The notes below the pieces were generated by a model. That model made no database searches, had not been told where the DNA came from, and saw nothing but the letters and a program-made list of their open reading frames with translations. A stretch of DNA of 64,000 nt from an uncultured Candidatus Saccharibacteria bacterium (GTDB lineage Bacteria; Patescibacteriota; Minisyncoccia; SW-4-49-11): the NCBI GenBank assembly GCA_964585065.1, contig CAZPCB010000002.1:1006-65005 (forward strand). The letters are read 5' to 3'. Position numbers and translations under genes: made by a program. Positions 8,613-17,583 of the stretch are shown in pieces (position 1 is the first letter of the stretch; each line of letters starts with the position of its first letter).

Positions 8613-9314
8613 TCAGATGAGAGCTGAGGCAGCCAGCTTGGCGATTTCACGGGTGGAGAATCCGATAGAGACCAAAGACTCCTGATACGCGATAAGGAAA
8701 TCCTCAATGAGGTCTTCCCTGTCCATTTGGAGGACGGCCGCGTCACCGGCTACCTGATCAAGCATAATGCGTACCAAGGGGAGATTGTCCCGATTGGCCT
8801 GCTCGAGCTCCTCACGACTGGCTTCAAAATTGGCTTTGAGCCATTCTTGGCCATAATTGAGATGAGTGTATTCATCCTTGACTACTCCCTCGGTGATTTT
8901 CCGCGCAAACGGATCGGCAACAGGTATATAGATGTGATAAGCTGCAATTGCAAAGGCCTCGATGAGAATCGCTTGAATCAGCAAACAGGTGACTACCTTC
9001 CTCTCTGTAAAAGCTTTTTGAAAATTGCCATGTAGGGGCAAGAAAAACTTTTTAGCAAAAGGTATATCTGCTTGCACTCCCAAGTTGCGGGCACAGGCAG
9101 TGAAACCCTTCATATGCCTCAGCTCCATACCCGCAAGGCGGGTAAGCTCTTCAGCCTGATCGGGTAGCAAGCTACCAAGGGAAATGTAATTGTCATAAGC
9201 TTCTTGCTCACCTTCAATCACAATGGCATTAATCCTACTATAGGCATCTTTGTAAATGGCGCTGGTGAAGTCAGGAAGAGAGATTTGTTCTTGAGAAAGA
9301 GCAGTTGTGTTCAT
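8613..9314 (-). CDS. ado: Aldehyde-deformylating oxygenase (cyanobacterial alkane-forming ferritin-like di-iron enzyme)
   Basis: Signature [59 protein letters not shown]; start placed at ATG 9314. Confidence 0.96.
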   Translation of the reverse strand: MNTTALSQEQISLPDFTSAIYKDAYSRINAIVIEGEQEAYDNYISLGSLLPDQAEELTRLAGMELRHMKGFTACARNLGVQADIPFAKKFFLPLHGNFQKAFTERKVVTCLLIQAILIEAFAIAAYHIYIPVADPFARKITEGVVKDEYTHLNYGQEWLKANFEASREELEQANRDNLPLVRIMLDQVAGDAAVLQMDREDLIEDFLIAYQESLVSIGFSTREIAKLAASALI

Positions 9315-9446
9315 AATGGGTATTGGATAAAAATCCAAGAGGTCATTTTTATTATACGCCGCTTATTTTGCTTTGTATATATACACGAAATCATTGACAA
9401 TACCCCCTCAACACCCTATTATATACGTACTTTCTTTCATATCCTC

Positions 9447-9752
9447 ATGAAGCCAATTACAAGGAGTTCCAGAATTTCACTGATTGTGGGAACATTGATT
9501 AGAAAAAGATATCGTTATTATCATATAGAGAAAAAAGAGGCCATATTGCGTGGAGTAATATATGCTATACCTGGTCAAGTTCTTCCTCACTGCAATGGAG
9601 ATTGGACTGAATTAGAGCTGGGTTTATATGAATATTTTAGAACAAAGGGACAGCCTGGATCATTTAATGAGGAAGAGATGCAGACTCTTACTCGAGAGTA
9701 TTTCTCATCATTGCAAGCAACTATAGAATATATCACCCCCAAGGAAGACTAA
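9447..9752 (+). CDS. Hypothetical protein (about 101 aa)
   Basis: ATG 9447 within ORF 9204-9752, preceded by TTGACA(9394)-17-TATTAT(9417). Confidence 0.7.
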   Translation: MKPITRSSRISLIVGTLIRKRYRYYHIEKKEAILRGVIYAIPGQVLPHCNGDWTELELGLYEYFRTKGQPGSFNEEEMQTLTREYFSSLQATIEYITPKED

Positions 9753-9865
9753 TCTCTTCCTTTTTTCTTTGCATAATTTGCTATAAATCCTCTTGGATAC
9801 TTGACTTTTACCTCATTTCCTGTTAGTGTTTCAAAGCATACTCTTCGGGGTATCGTTCTTTCACA

Positions 9866-11071
9866 ATGGAGCATTTAACCATGTCTGCTCAGACACGTGT
9901 TGAGAGATTTTTTGATAAAGCAGGAGTTGACCAAACCTTTATTACTGCAACTTCTAAGTTTTATAAAGCTTTCGATGGACGGTTCACCCTTGGAATGGGT
10001 GAATCTTATATCAATGGCAGTTTTGCGATTGGTGATGAGAATCTCATCGAAATGTTTACCAGAATTTTTGGAAGCTTAAATGGATTCTTGCGGGGAGATG
10101 ATTATGCTGGGTTTAGCTCACTGGGATTTTATCGGCTGTATCAGCTGATGAATGCCACCCAAATGATCAATTGGCAACACATCCGTGCAAAGTATTTTGC
10201 GGATATTCACTATGAGCTACCTCATCAGCTTTTTGTCCAGATGCTTGGCCCCTCTCGGGCTTATAGCTCTGGTTATTGGCCAGAGGGGGTGGAGACTCTA
10301 GACCAGGCTCAGGATGCCAAGTTTGACTTGATTATCCGCAAGCTTGGTCTCAAAGCCGGTGAAACCGTACTCGACTTCGGTTGTGGGGCGGGTAGTTTTG
10401 GCAGATATGCAGGATCTCGCGGTATTCGAGTCGTAGGACTCAATATCTGCCAGGAACAACTCGCTTATGCTCGAGCTCACAATGACCAAGAAGTTCCTGC
10501 AATTTACCTTGATTTTAATTTGGTAACACAAAGTGTTGCTGAGTTACAATCAATTCTCAAACCCTATGGGATTGAGAATTTCGATGCTGTTACCTTTATT
10601 GGCTCGATTGAGCATGTGGGTTGGAAGAACTATGCTTCTCTCTATCGCAAGCTCTATCAGCTTCTGAATCCTACGGGACGGATTCTCTGCCATGTTATTG
10701 GATCCTATATTCCATTACCGGTGGCCGATCCCTATATCATGACCAAGATTTTCCCTGACTCGCAGCTTGCTGTGATCAGTGAAATGACCAAGGCAACTGA
10801 GAAGACTGGCTTCCAGCTAATGGATTGGCACAACCTGGAAACAGGTGTTCACTCCTATGCCAAGACACTGAGAGCTTGGCTTAACAACTTCCAAACCAAC
10901 TGGGAAACTATCAAGCCCTCTATGCCTCACAAAGATAAGGAAGCCTTTTACCGAGAATGGGTATTCTACCTAATGCTCTGTATTGGAGCCTTCGAGTCTG
11001 ACTTTGTCAATGTTGGGCACTATGTGTTCCGCAAGACTGCAGACACTCACCCATTCACTCCAGTCCGCTAA
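9866..11071 (+). CDS. cfa: Cyclopropane-fatty-acyl-phospholipid synthase family SAM methyltransferase
   Basis: LGMGESY, HYEL...YSSGYW, LDQAQDAK, VLDFGCGAG, IEHVG, YAKTLRAW; promoter TTGACT(9801)-17-TAGTGT. Confidence 0.9.
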   Translation: MEHLTMSAQTRVERFFDKAGVDQTFITATSKFYKAFDGRFTLGMGESYINGSFAIGDENLIEMFTRIFGSLNGFLRGDDYAGFSSLGFYRLYQLMNATQMINWQHIRAKYFADIHYELPHQLFVQMLGPSRAYSSGYWPEGVETLDQAQDAKFDLIIRKLGLKAGETVLDFGCGAGSFGRYAGSRGIRVVGLNICQEQLAYARAHNDQEVPAIYLDFNLVTQSVAELQSILKPYGIENFDAVTFIGSIEHVGWKNYASLYRKLYQLLNPTGRILCHVIGSYIPLPVADPYIMTKIFPDSQLAVISEMTKATEKTGFQLMDWHNLETGVHSYAKTLRAWLNNFQTNWETIKPSMPHKDKEAFYREWVFYLMLCIGAFESDFVNVGHYVFRKTADTHPFTPVR

Positions 11072-11087
11072 GCCCTGAATACTCACC

Positions 11088-11114
11088 GAGGGAAGCCCAG
11101 CTTCCCTCTTTTTT
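11088..11114 (+). terminator. Rho-independent terminator of cfa
   Basis: GAGGGAAGC-cca-GCTTCCCTC-TTTTTT. Confidence 0.85.
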
Positions 11115-11184
11115 ATTACTCTTGTTATTTTCCTAATAATATACTATGATAAAGCGGTTGTGAAACTAATAATATACTAAATAT

Positions 11185-11544
11185 ATGAAGAATTTAGGTA
11201 TAGAGATTGTTGGAGATTTAAAAGGTATTGATAAAGAATTTTTAACCCATATTAATAGTGATGAAATTCAGGCTGAGATTTCTCGGCTTATCTCTCATTA
11301 TGGATTTCATGAGCTTGGAAACTATTATCATTCTTTTGAGCCAGGACTCACAGCTGCTGTCGCTCTTGCCGAATCTCATGTAACCTTTCATACTTGGCCT
11401 GAATTTGGGTATGTAAGTTTGAATGTTTTTACCTGTAATTATACCAAAGATAATGATGATAATGCCAAAGCTTTATTTGATGATATCGCCTCCCTATTCC
11501 GAGCAGAGAATATAGATAAACAAATCATTTTACGTAATCATTAG
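11185..11544 (+). CDS. speD: S-adenosylmethionine decarboxylase proenzyme family
   Basis: Self-cleavage motif LAESH, then HTWPE and VFTC. Confidence 0.9.
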   Translation: MKNLGIEIVGDLKGIDKEFLTHINSDEIQAEISRLISHYGFHELGNYYHSFEPGLTAAVALAESHVTFHTWPEFGYVSLNVFTCNYTKDNDDNAKALFDDIASLFRAENIDKQIILRNH

Positions 11545-11597
11545 AAATAAAAAAGCCCCCGACAAATGCTGGGGGCTGAGTGGAAGGGCAAAAGCCC

Positions 11598-11864
11598 TTA
11601 TTTGTGTACCTGTGAAGGCATTGGAGGGTTGGGGTCGGTCGGATCCACACCCAACAGCGCCGGCACAGTTAGGGCTGCAAGGCCCACAACCAAAAGACCT
11701 AGCAACACCTTCTTGAAGGGTGAGCGACGATCCTGACGTGGACGAGGGGGCAGAGGGGGATCGAGCACAACTCGATCCCCTTTGAAGTTACCCCCTTTGA
11801 GAAAAGCAGGAAGCTGAGGTTCCACTTGGCCAACATTGAGAAAGGCGGGGAGTTCAGGTGCCAT
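11598..11864 (-). CDS. Small single-TM hypothetical protein with two LPAFL motifs
   Basis: 88-aa ORF with consensus promoter upstream and GCCCCC/GGGGGC terminator with T-tract at about 11549-11577. Confidence 0.75.
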   Translation of the reverse strand: MAPELPAFLNVGQVEPQLPAFLKGGNFKGDRVVLDPPLPPRPRQDRRSPFKKVLLGLLVVGLAALTVPALLGVDPTDPNPPMPSQVHK

Positions 11865-11895
11865 TGAATGAACAAAACAATGTAGTTCGAAAAAA

Positions 11896-11924
11896 ATTAT
11901 ACCACAAAAACCCTATTTTGTCAA
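11896..11924 (-). promoter_or_regulatory. Perfect-consensus sigma70 promoter
   Basis: Minus strand TTGACA-17 nt (ending TGG)-TATAAT. Confidence 0.85.
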
Positions 11925-11986
11925 TATATAATAACACTATTTTAGCATATGCTTGCGAATTTTACTGAAAAAGGTATACTATCTCT

Positions 11987-13138
11987 ATGAATATATTATC
12001 CTCTTTTCGCTATATTAAATCACTATTCTTTCCCCGTATAAGCCCATTGATTACGGTACATATTGATGAGGCAGCTTTATTACATAATTTGAGAGAGTAT
12101 AGACAAGCCTATCCCGATATACAATTTGCGCCTGTACTCAAAAGCAATGCTTATGGACATGGGCTTATTCCTATTGCTCATATATTGGACTCCCCCAATA
12201 TCCCCTTCCTGATTGTAGACTCTTATTATGAGGCTTTAACCCTGCGGCAAAACGCTATCAAATCCCCCATTCTCATTATTGGGTATATTTTGCCTGAAAT
12301 TATCAAAAAATCTCGCCTCAAAAATGTATATTTTACCGTGACAAGTTTGGCGCAATTACAAGGAATTAATGATAGTATTCGGCGTCCTATCTCTATACAT
12401 CTCAAAATCGATACTGGTATGCATAGGCAGGGTTTATTACCGACTGAAATTCATCAAGCTATTACTATTATTAAAAAGAATTCTTCACTACAATTACAAG
12501 GTATATGCTCTCATCTTGCTGATGCGGATAATAAGATAAGTACATATAATCAAGCTCAATTAGATCAATGGGAACAAAGTATTCCGTTTTTTAAAACCGC
12601 CTTTCCTAATCTCAAGTATTATCATATATCAGCAAGCGCTGGGCTTATACATACCGATAAGTCTCATCATAATCTTGCTCGATTAGGTTTGGGATTATAT
12701 GGAATTAGTATTATTGAGAATAATAAACTTTCCCTGAAGCCCGTTATCTCACTTACTTCTATCATTAGTGGGATAAAAGTTATCAAAAAAGGTGATACCG
12801 TTGGATATAATAATACCTTTATTGCCAAAAATGATATGTTAATCGCGACTATACCCGCTGGTTATGCTGAGGGAGTCGATCGTAGATTATCTAATATTGG
12901 GCAAGTGGAGATAGCGGAAATATTATGCCCAATCATTGGGCGAGTAAGTATGAATATTACTACTATTGATATTACTCATATGCCGAATATTCAAATTGGA
13001 GATATTGTGACTCTTATCAGCAATGATCATTCCTCCCCTATTTCTGTTAGTGCTATTGCTAAAATGTGCGATACTATTCCTTATGAAATTCTGATACATA
13101 TTCCTGGATATTTGCGCCGAGAGATCAAAAAAGCATAA
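11987..13138 (+). CDS. alr: Alanine racemase
   Basis: PLP motif VLKSNAYGHG, HLKIDTGMHRQG, GYAEG, IGRVSMN, TIPYEIL. Confidence 0.96.
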   Translation: MNILSSFRYIKSLFFPRISPLITVHIDEAALLHNLREYRQAYPDIQFAPVLKSNAYGHGLIPIAHILDSPNIPFLIVDSYYEALTLRQNAIKSPILIIGYILPEIIKKSRLKNVYFTVTSLAQLQGINDSIRRPISIHLKIDTGMHRQGLLPTEIHQAITIIKKNSSLQLQGICSHLADADNKISTYNQAQLDQWEQSIPFFKTAFPNLKYYHISASAGLIHTDKSHHNLARLGLGLYGISIIENNKLSLKPVISLTSIISGIKVIKKGDTVGYNNTFIAKNDMLIATIPAGYAEGVDRRLSNIGQVEIAEILCPIIGRVSMNITTIDITHMPNIQIGDIVTLISNDHSSPISVSAIAKMCDTIPYEILIHIPGYLRREIKKA

Positions 13139-13252
13139 AACTATTTGAGTATATCGAGTTCTAACTCTTGTATTATCAATGGGTTTAGGAGATAACTTGG
13201 TTTTAGCTTAGAATTATGATAATTTATAAGGGTTGTACATTTATTTAAAAAC

Positions 13253-13432
13253 ATGGTGGATTTTGATCCTTTTGTCTTATTGGGGATTTTTTCTACAGAA
13301 GAGGCTGAGAAAGCAATCAATAGCTGGGATCAATTTGAACAGAGACCATCTACTAATCCTGGTTATGTAGAGATATACGTATGTCCAGAAGAAAAAGCTT
13401 GGAGAGAATCACAATGTTCATCCGATATTTAA
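13253..13432 (+). CDS. Small hypothetical protein (59 aa), not in the ORF track
   Basis: MVDFDPFVLLGIFSTEEAEKAINSWDQFEQRPSTNPGYVEIYVCPEEKAWRESQCSSDI; followed by hairpin AAAGCTCCATC/GATGGAGCTTT at about 13464-13488. Confidence 0.55.
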   Translation: MVDFDPFVLLGIFSTEEAEKAINSWDQFEQRPSTNPGYVEIYVCPEEKAWRESQCSSDI

Positions 13433-13572
13433 AAAATTTTATTGATATAAATTCCCCCAACCTAAAGCTCCATCATTGATGGAGCTTTTCCACATTTTTA
13501 GGGCAATAGACAATTTTATATAGAGTATAGTATACTTGTTATATATTATATATAATATAAACAAAAAAAAAT

Positions 13573-14457
13573 ATGGCTACAGTAAAACCTAAGAGTTTAT
13601 CCAATAATTTACCTATTGTTATCACATTGATTTTAGTTCCTATTTTCTTTATATTTAGTACATTTTTAATATTCATACTCGTTAATAGCCGCAATAGAAT
13701 TAGTGATCAAGATATTAAGGTAAGCTTATTAGAAATTAAAAGTTATACCAGTGAAAGTGCTGAATTCTCTTTACGTGTTGATGGAGATCAATCAAAAATT
13801 ATTGAAAAAGGTTTTGTATACGACACCAATCCAGAACCATCTCTTCAAACTAAAAGTACTACTACCACTCCTTTCACTGAAATATTTGGGGGAAGTTCAT
13901 ATATAGAAACTGATCAAAGTGTCATATTGTCAGGAGATGAGACAAAGACTACTGCTAATAATTTATATCGAGATGATACCTATTTTGTGAGAGCTTATGC
14001 AAGGACATCATCAGGATTTATTTATAGTAATGAATTGTCTTTTGTAGTTGGGAAGGATAAAGTAGCTACGAGTTATTATGAAAGCCCTTCTGCAGGCACA
14101 ACTCCACAAAGTAGAGATGCTAGGAGGCTGGCAGATGCAAATTCTATCTTAAATGCTATATTAACACTTAAAGACCAGAATCCTAAAGCAATTCCTTCAT
14201 ATCCTAAACTTTCTCCCACTCCACAAAATTTAAGAATTGGTGGGGAAACGCCATGTACATACTCCATTTTACAAAATGCTGAAACCTCATTAACCAACTC
14301 CCTTAAAAAAATTGGATATACCATCCCAGAAGACCCACAATCAAGATCTGTTGGCTGTTCCGATTATGGTATAGCTTTGGAATCAAATCAAACCATAACC
14401 ATAACAGCTCCAAATGCTGAGATTTCTGTCGTAAAGGTAAATTCAGCTAACAGATAG
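13573..14457 (+). CDS. Membrane-anchored protein with FN3-like domain and pilin-like C-terminal domain
   Basis: TM helix; YFVRAYARTSSGFIYSNELSF; SRDARRLADANSILNAI...IPEDP. Confidence 0.7.
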   Translation: MATVKPKSLSNNLPIVITLILVPIFFIFSTFLIFILVNSRNRISDQDIKVSLLEIKSYTSESAEFSLRVDGDQSKIIEKGFVYDTNPEPSLQTKSTTTTPFTEIFGGSSYIETDQSVILSGDETKTTANNLYRDDTYFVRAYARTSSGFIYSNELSFVVGKDKVATSYYESPSAGTTPQSRDARRLADANSILNAILTLKDQNPKAIPSYPKLSPTPQNLRIGGETPCTYSILQNAETSLTNSLKKIGYTIPEDPQSRSVGCSDYGIALESNQTITITAPNAEISVVKVNSANR

Positions 14458-14531
14458 TTATCCACATTGACATAACAATAAACTTACATTACTATTAAAT
14501 TAGTTCTTATAAAATAATAATATATAAATCT

Positions 14532-15017
14532 ATGTTTGAAGAATTTAGTCCACGATTTGAATCAACTTTCCGTACTATATTTATTCTTTGGGTAGTAGGT
14601 TGGGCTTTCATCAATGGATTTGATGTTTTGCGTCAATATGCTGAATTTGGATATTCATCAGGTGGTAGTGATACCGCTCTCATAACATGGTTCTTTAGGC
14701 TAATTACATCTGTTTTAGCTTTCACGCTTGGTATTGTTTTATTATTTTGGTCATCTAATGTACCAAATAGAATTAAAAGATTAAGACCAATTAGCAATAT
14801 CCCCCTATTTACTGGACTCACAGTATTATACTATTTGTTTCCAACGGTAGCTAAAATAATTATTGATACTGCTGCTGCAACCAATGAAACATTTTTAAGA
14901 ACATTTATATTTAATTCTGCTTGGTTATTCCCTAGTATTATTATATTGGTATTCCATTTATTATATTATCTAAATATTGGTAAATATAATGAGACTTTAG
15001 AGGAATCTCAAAAATAA
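14532..15017 (+). CDS. Hypothetical 4-TM membrane protein
   Basis: Four hydrophobic segments; promoter TTGACA(14467)-17-TACTAT. Confidence 0.8.
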   Translation: MFEEFSPRFESTFRTIFILWVVGWAFINGFDVLRQYAEFGYSSGGSDTALITWFFRLITSVLAFTLGIVLLFWSSNVPNRIKRLRPISNIPLFTGLTVLYYLFPTVAKIIIDTAAATNETFLRTFIFNSAWLFPSIIILVFHLLYYLNIGKYNETLEESQK

Positions 15018-15072
15018 TGCTATTTCCTCTACACTGTAATATTGTACTTACAAATAATTATATATAATCGAT

Positions 15073-15876
15073 ATGAGTAGCACTAATTCACGCAAATGGA
15101 AATTGATACTTGGTATTCCTGTAACTCTTATTTTGCTTTGGCTACTTGCATCATTATATTTGACAAGCCAATCTACTGTGCTGATTTTTAATAACAAAGT
15201 TAGTTGGGCTCCCGTACCTAATTTTGGATATAAACTTGAATTCCTAAAAGATAAAGAAAATCGCTCTATTTCTCTGTGGACATTTGACCAAAACAAACAA
15301 TCTGATAAAGTTATTTTATATCTTCATGGAAATTCAGGAAGAATCAATGATTTCTTTGCTGATTTAGTGCAATATGGAACTGTGGTATCCCCTGCTTATC
15401 CTGGATATCATGAATCAGAAGGATCCCCTGATACTGATGGAGTATATGAAGCAGCTTTACTTGCTTATGATAATTTGGTTACTACAAAAGGTATTGATCC
15501 AAAAAATATTATTATATTAGGTCATTCTATGGGAGGGTCTCCAGCAGTATATGTTGCGAGTGAGAGACCAGAAACTCGTAAATTAATATTAATTAATACT
15601 TTTAGTAGTATTCAGAGTATGTGTCAAAGACAATATTCTATTCTTTGTGGATTTACTGGAGATATTCTTCCTACTACAACTTATGCTCCTAAAGTCACTA
15701 TTCCAGTACGACAATTTGTGTATAGAGGAGATCTTAGTGTCCCACCTGCAGAAGGAGACAAATTATTTGAAAATTTCACGGGAGCTAATGACAAAAAGAA
15801 ATTTGATTTAAATAAAAATACTCATACCTATCCTAATCTTAATGAAGTATTCACCCTAGCCGAGGAAGCTAATTAA
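15073..15876 (+). CDS. Alpha/beta hydrolase with N-terminal anchor
   Basis: LYLHGNSG, YPGY..SEG, GHSMGG. Confidence 0.9.
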   Translation: MSSTNSRKWKLILGIPVTLILLWLLASLYLTSQSTVLIFNNKVSWAPVPNFGYKLEFLKDKENRSISLWTFDQNKQSDKVILYLHGNSGRINDFFADLVQYGTVVSPAYPGYHESEGSPDTDGVYEAALLAYDNLVTTKGIDPKNIIILGHSMGGSPAVYVASERPETRKLILINTFSSIQSMCQRQYSILCGFTGDILPTTTYAPKVTIPVRQFVYRGDLSVPPAEGDKLFENFTGANDKKKFDLNKNTHTYPNLNEVFTLAEEAN

Positions 15877-16544
15877 GACAATATTTCTAATAATTTTTGT
15901 TCACTGAGTTTACGATATCCTCCTTCTGGGATATCGTTTAATTCTATATGCCCAATGCGTATTCTCAGTAAATCTAATACATTATACCTCAGAGCCCTCG
16001 CCATACGCCGTATTTGCCTATTTTTGCCCTCAGTTAGGGTTATCTTGATTGTATCATTGCTCATACGCTTGATTCGACAAGGTTTGGTATGATAACCGGT
16101 GTCAATTTTGACCCCTTCTCTTAATTTTTCAATATCAGCTTGAGAAATAGGGCGATTCAATGTCACTATATAATCTTTTTCCATTTGGACTTTGGGCTCT
16201 AGGAGTTTTTTGGTAATACGCCCATCATTGGTAAGTATAATAAGTCCTCGTGAATCTTTATCTAATCTCCCAACTGGGAACACATCATCTCCAAAATCTG
16301 TAATATCTTGTATAGATTTTTCTCCTTCTTGGGGGCTGTGGGATACGATTCCCACGGGCTTATGATAGGCATAATATTTGTATTGCTTCTCATAACCTAT
16401 TACTTCCACCTTATCCCCTTCTTTGATATCCATACCAAGTTCAGCGAGAATTCCATTGACGAAAACCTTTCCTTCTTGAATTAATCTATCTGCCTCACGC
16501 CGAGAACAAATATCTTGATCGGCTAAATACTTATTAATTCGCAT
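15873..16544 (-). CDS. rRNA pseudouridine synthase, RsuA/RluB/RluF family
   Basis: S4 domain RINKYLA..SRREAD, GRLDKDSRGL, EGKNRQIRRM. Confidence 0.95.
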   Translation of the reverse strand: MRINKYLADQDICSRREADRLIQEGKVFVNGILAELGMDIKEGDKVEVIGYEKQYKYYAYHKPVGIVSHSPQEGEKSIQDITDFGDDVFPVGRLDKDSRGLIILTNDGRITKKLLEPKVQMEKDYIVTLNRPISQADIEKLREGVKIDTGYHTKPCRIKRMSNDTIKITLTEGKNRQIRRMARALRYNVLDLLRIRIGHIELNDIPEGGYRKLSEQKLLEILS

Positions 16545-16640
16545 ATATACTCTTATTATATGCCCTATACTAACATGCTTTTGAAGTTTACGGAATAGTA
16601 TGATAGATTATATACAGTATTAAATAAATATATACACTAT

Positions 16641-17513
16641 ATGCAAATTGAGCCTGGAACTTCTCCAAAACATCGCTATGAATTAATAAAAGCTACGCTT
16701 CTGGTTATTGTTGGTGCTCTTATTGCTATTACGATAGTATATGGTGTCCCCTATTTCTCTCCTAAGGAAGTAGCCGATCCTATTGAGCCTGTTGTTTCAG
16801 TTCCTGAAGTAAAGCCAACTCCTGTTGTAGAGAATACGCCCGCCCCTACTCAAGAGCCTGCTCCTAAAGAAAAAGTTTATACTCAAGATGAACTTAATAC
16901 TATCTTTGAGATGGATAAGAAAAAAGCTGGGACTAAGCTCTTTTATTCCTCCAAATTAGGTGTTGGATTTACTTATGCTCCTCTAGATAAAAAAGATGAT
17001 CCTAGTGGAAATCTAACCCTTAATACAGTAAAAGAGGTAGAGAATAAAATTTATCTTACCGATGGGACAGAAAAAGCTAATTCGAATCCATCCACTTGGG
17101 GTGGTCATAGTTTAGAATTATTTACTAAAACCTCCACAGATAGTCTTGATCAAGCTATTACCAAAGAGTTCTTAAGTGGTGTAGATCCTAAAAATTGTTC
17201 TGTTGTGCTAAATGGAGAAGAATATAATCCAGCCCCTTCCACTATAGATGTTGCTTATTTCAAATACTTAATTGATCCTAAAGCTAGCAAATCTGACATC
17301 GAAAACAATGGTAAATGGGGATATAATCTATGTCCTAAAAAAGCTCAGTCATATATACAGTCTACAGGAGCAGAATTTTTTATCGGAGGGAAAGACAAGT
17401 CAAACACCACCTATGGATTCTTAAGACTAGGAAATGGAGCTCAAAGAGCTGATTCAGGAATTAAAGGAGACACTGAAGGGTCTTGGGTTAATACAATACG
17501 CTTCTTAAAATAA
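16641..17513 (+). CDS. Hypothetical membrane-anchored protein with Pro/Glu-rich linker
   Basis: TM helix, PEVKPTP linker, Cys pair. Confidence 0.8.
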   Translation: MQIEPGTSPKHRYELIKATLLVIVGALIAITIVYGVPYFSPKEVADPIEPVVSVPEVKPTPVVENTPAPTQEPAPKEKVYTQDELNTIFEMDKKKAGTKLFYSSKLGVGFTYAPLDKKDDPSGNLTLNTVKEVENKIYLTDGTEKANSNPSTWGGHSLELFTKTSTDSLDQAITKEFLSGVDPKNCSVVLNGEEYNPAPSTIDVAYFKYLIDPKASKSDIENNGKWGYNLCPKKAQSYIQSTGAEFFIGGKDKSNTTYGFLRLGNGAQRADSGIKGDTEGSWVNTIRFLK

Positions 17514-17526
17514 TATCCCTACACCT

Positions 17527-17558
17527 ACAAAAACACCTTATCAAAAAGGTGTTTTTGT
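17527..17558. terminator. Bidirectional terminator
   Basis: ACAAAAACACCTT...AAGGTGTTTTTGT between convergent genes. Confidence 0.75.
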
Positions 17559-17583
17559 TTTCTCTTTATACTGTTACCTATAC

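Noticed and set aside
8006-9446. Opposite-strand ORFs 8006-8194, 8233-8544, 8727-9035 and the 5' part of 9204-9752
   Set aside because: Antisense shadows of the GC-richer desaturase and ado genes.
279-11924. Prophage, IS or integrase-bearing island
   Set aside because: No integrase, transposase or phage structural gene is recognisable.
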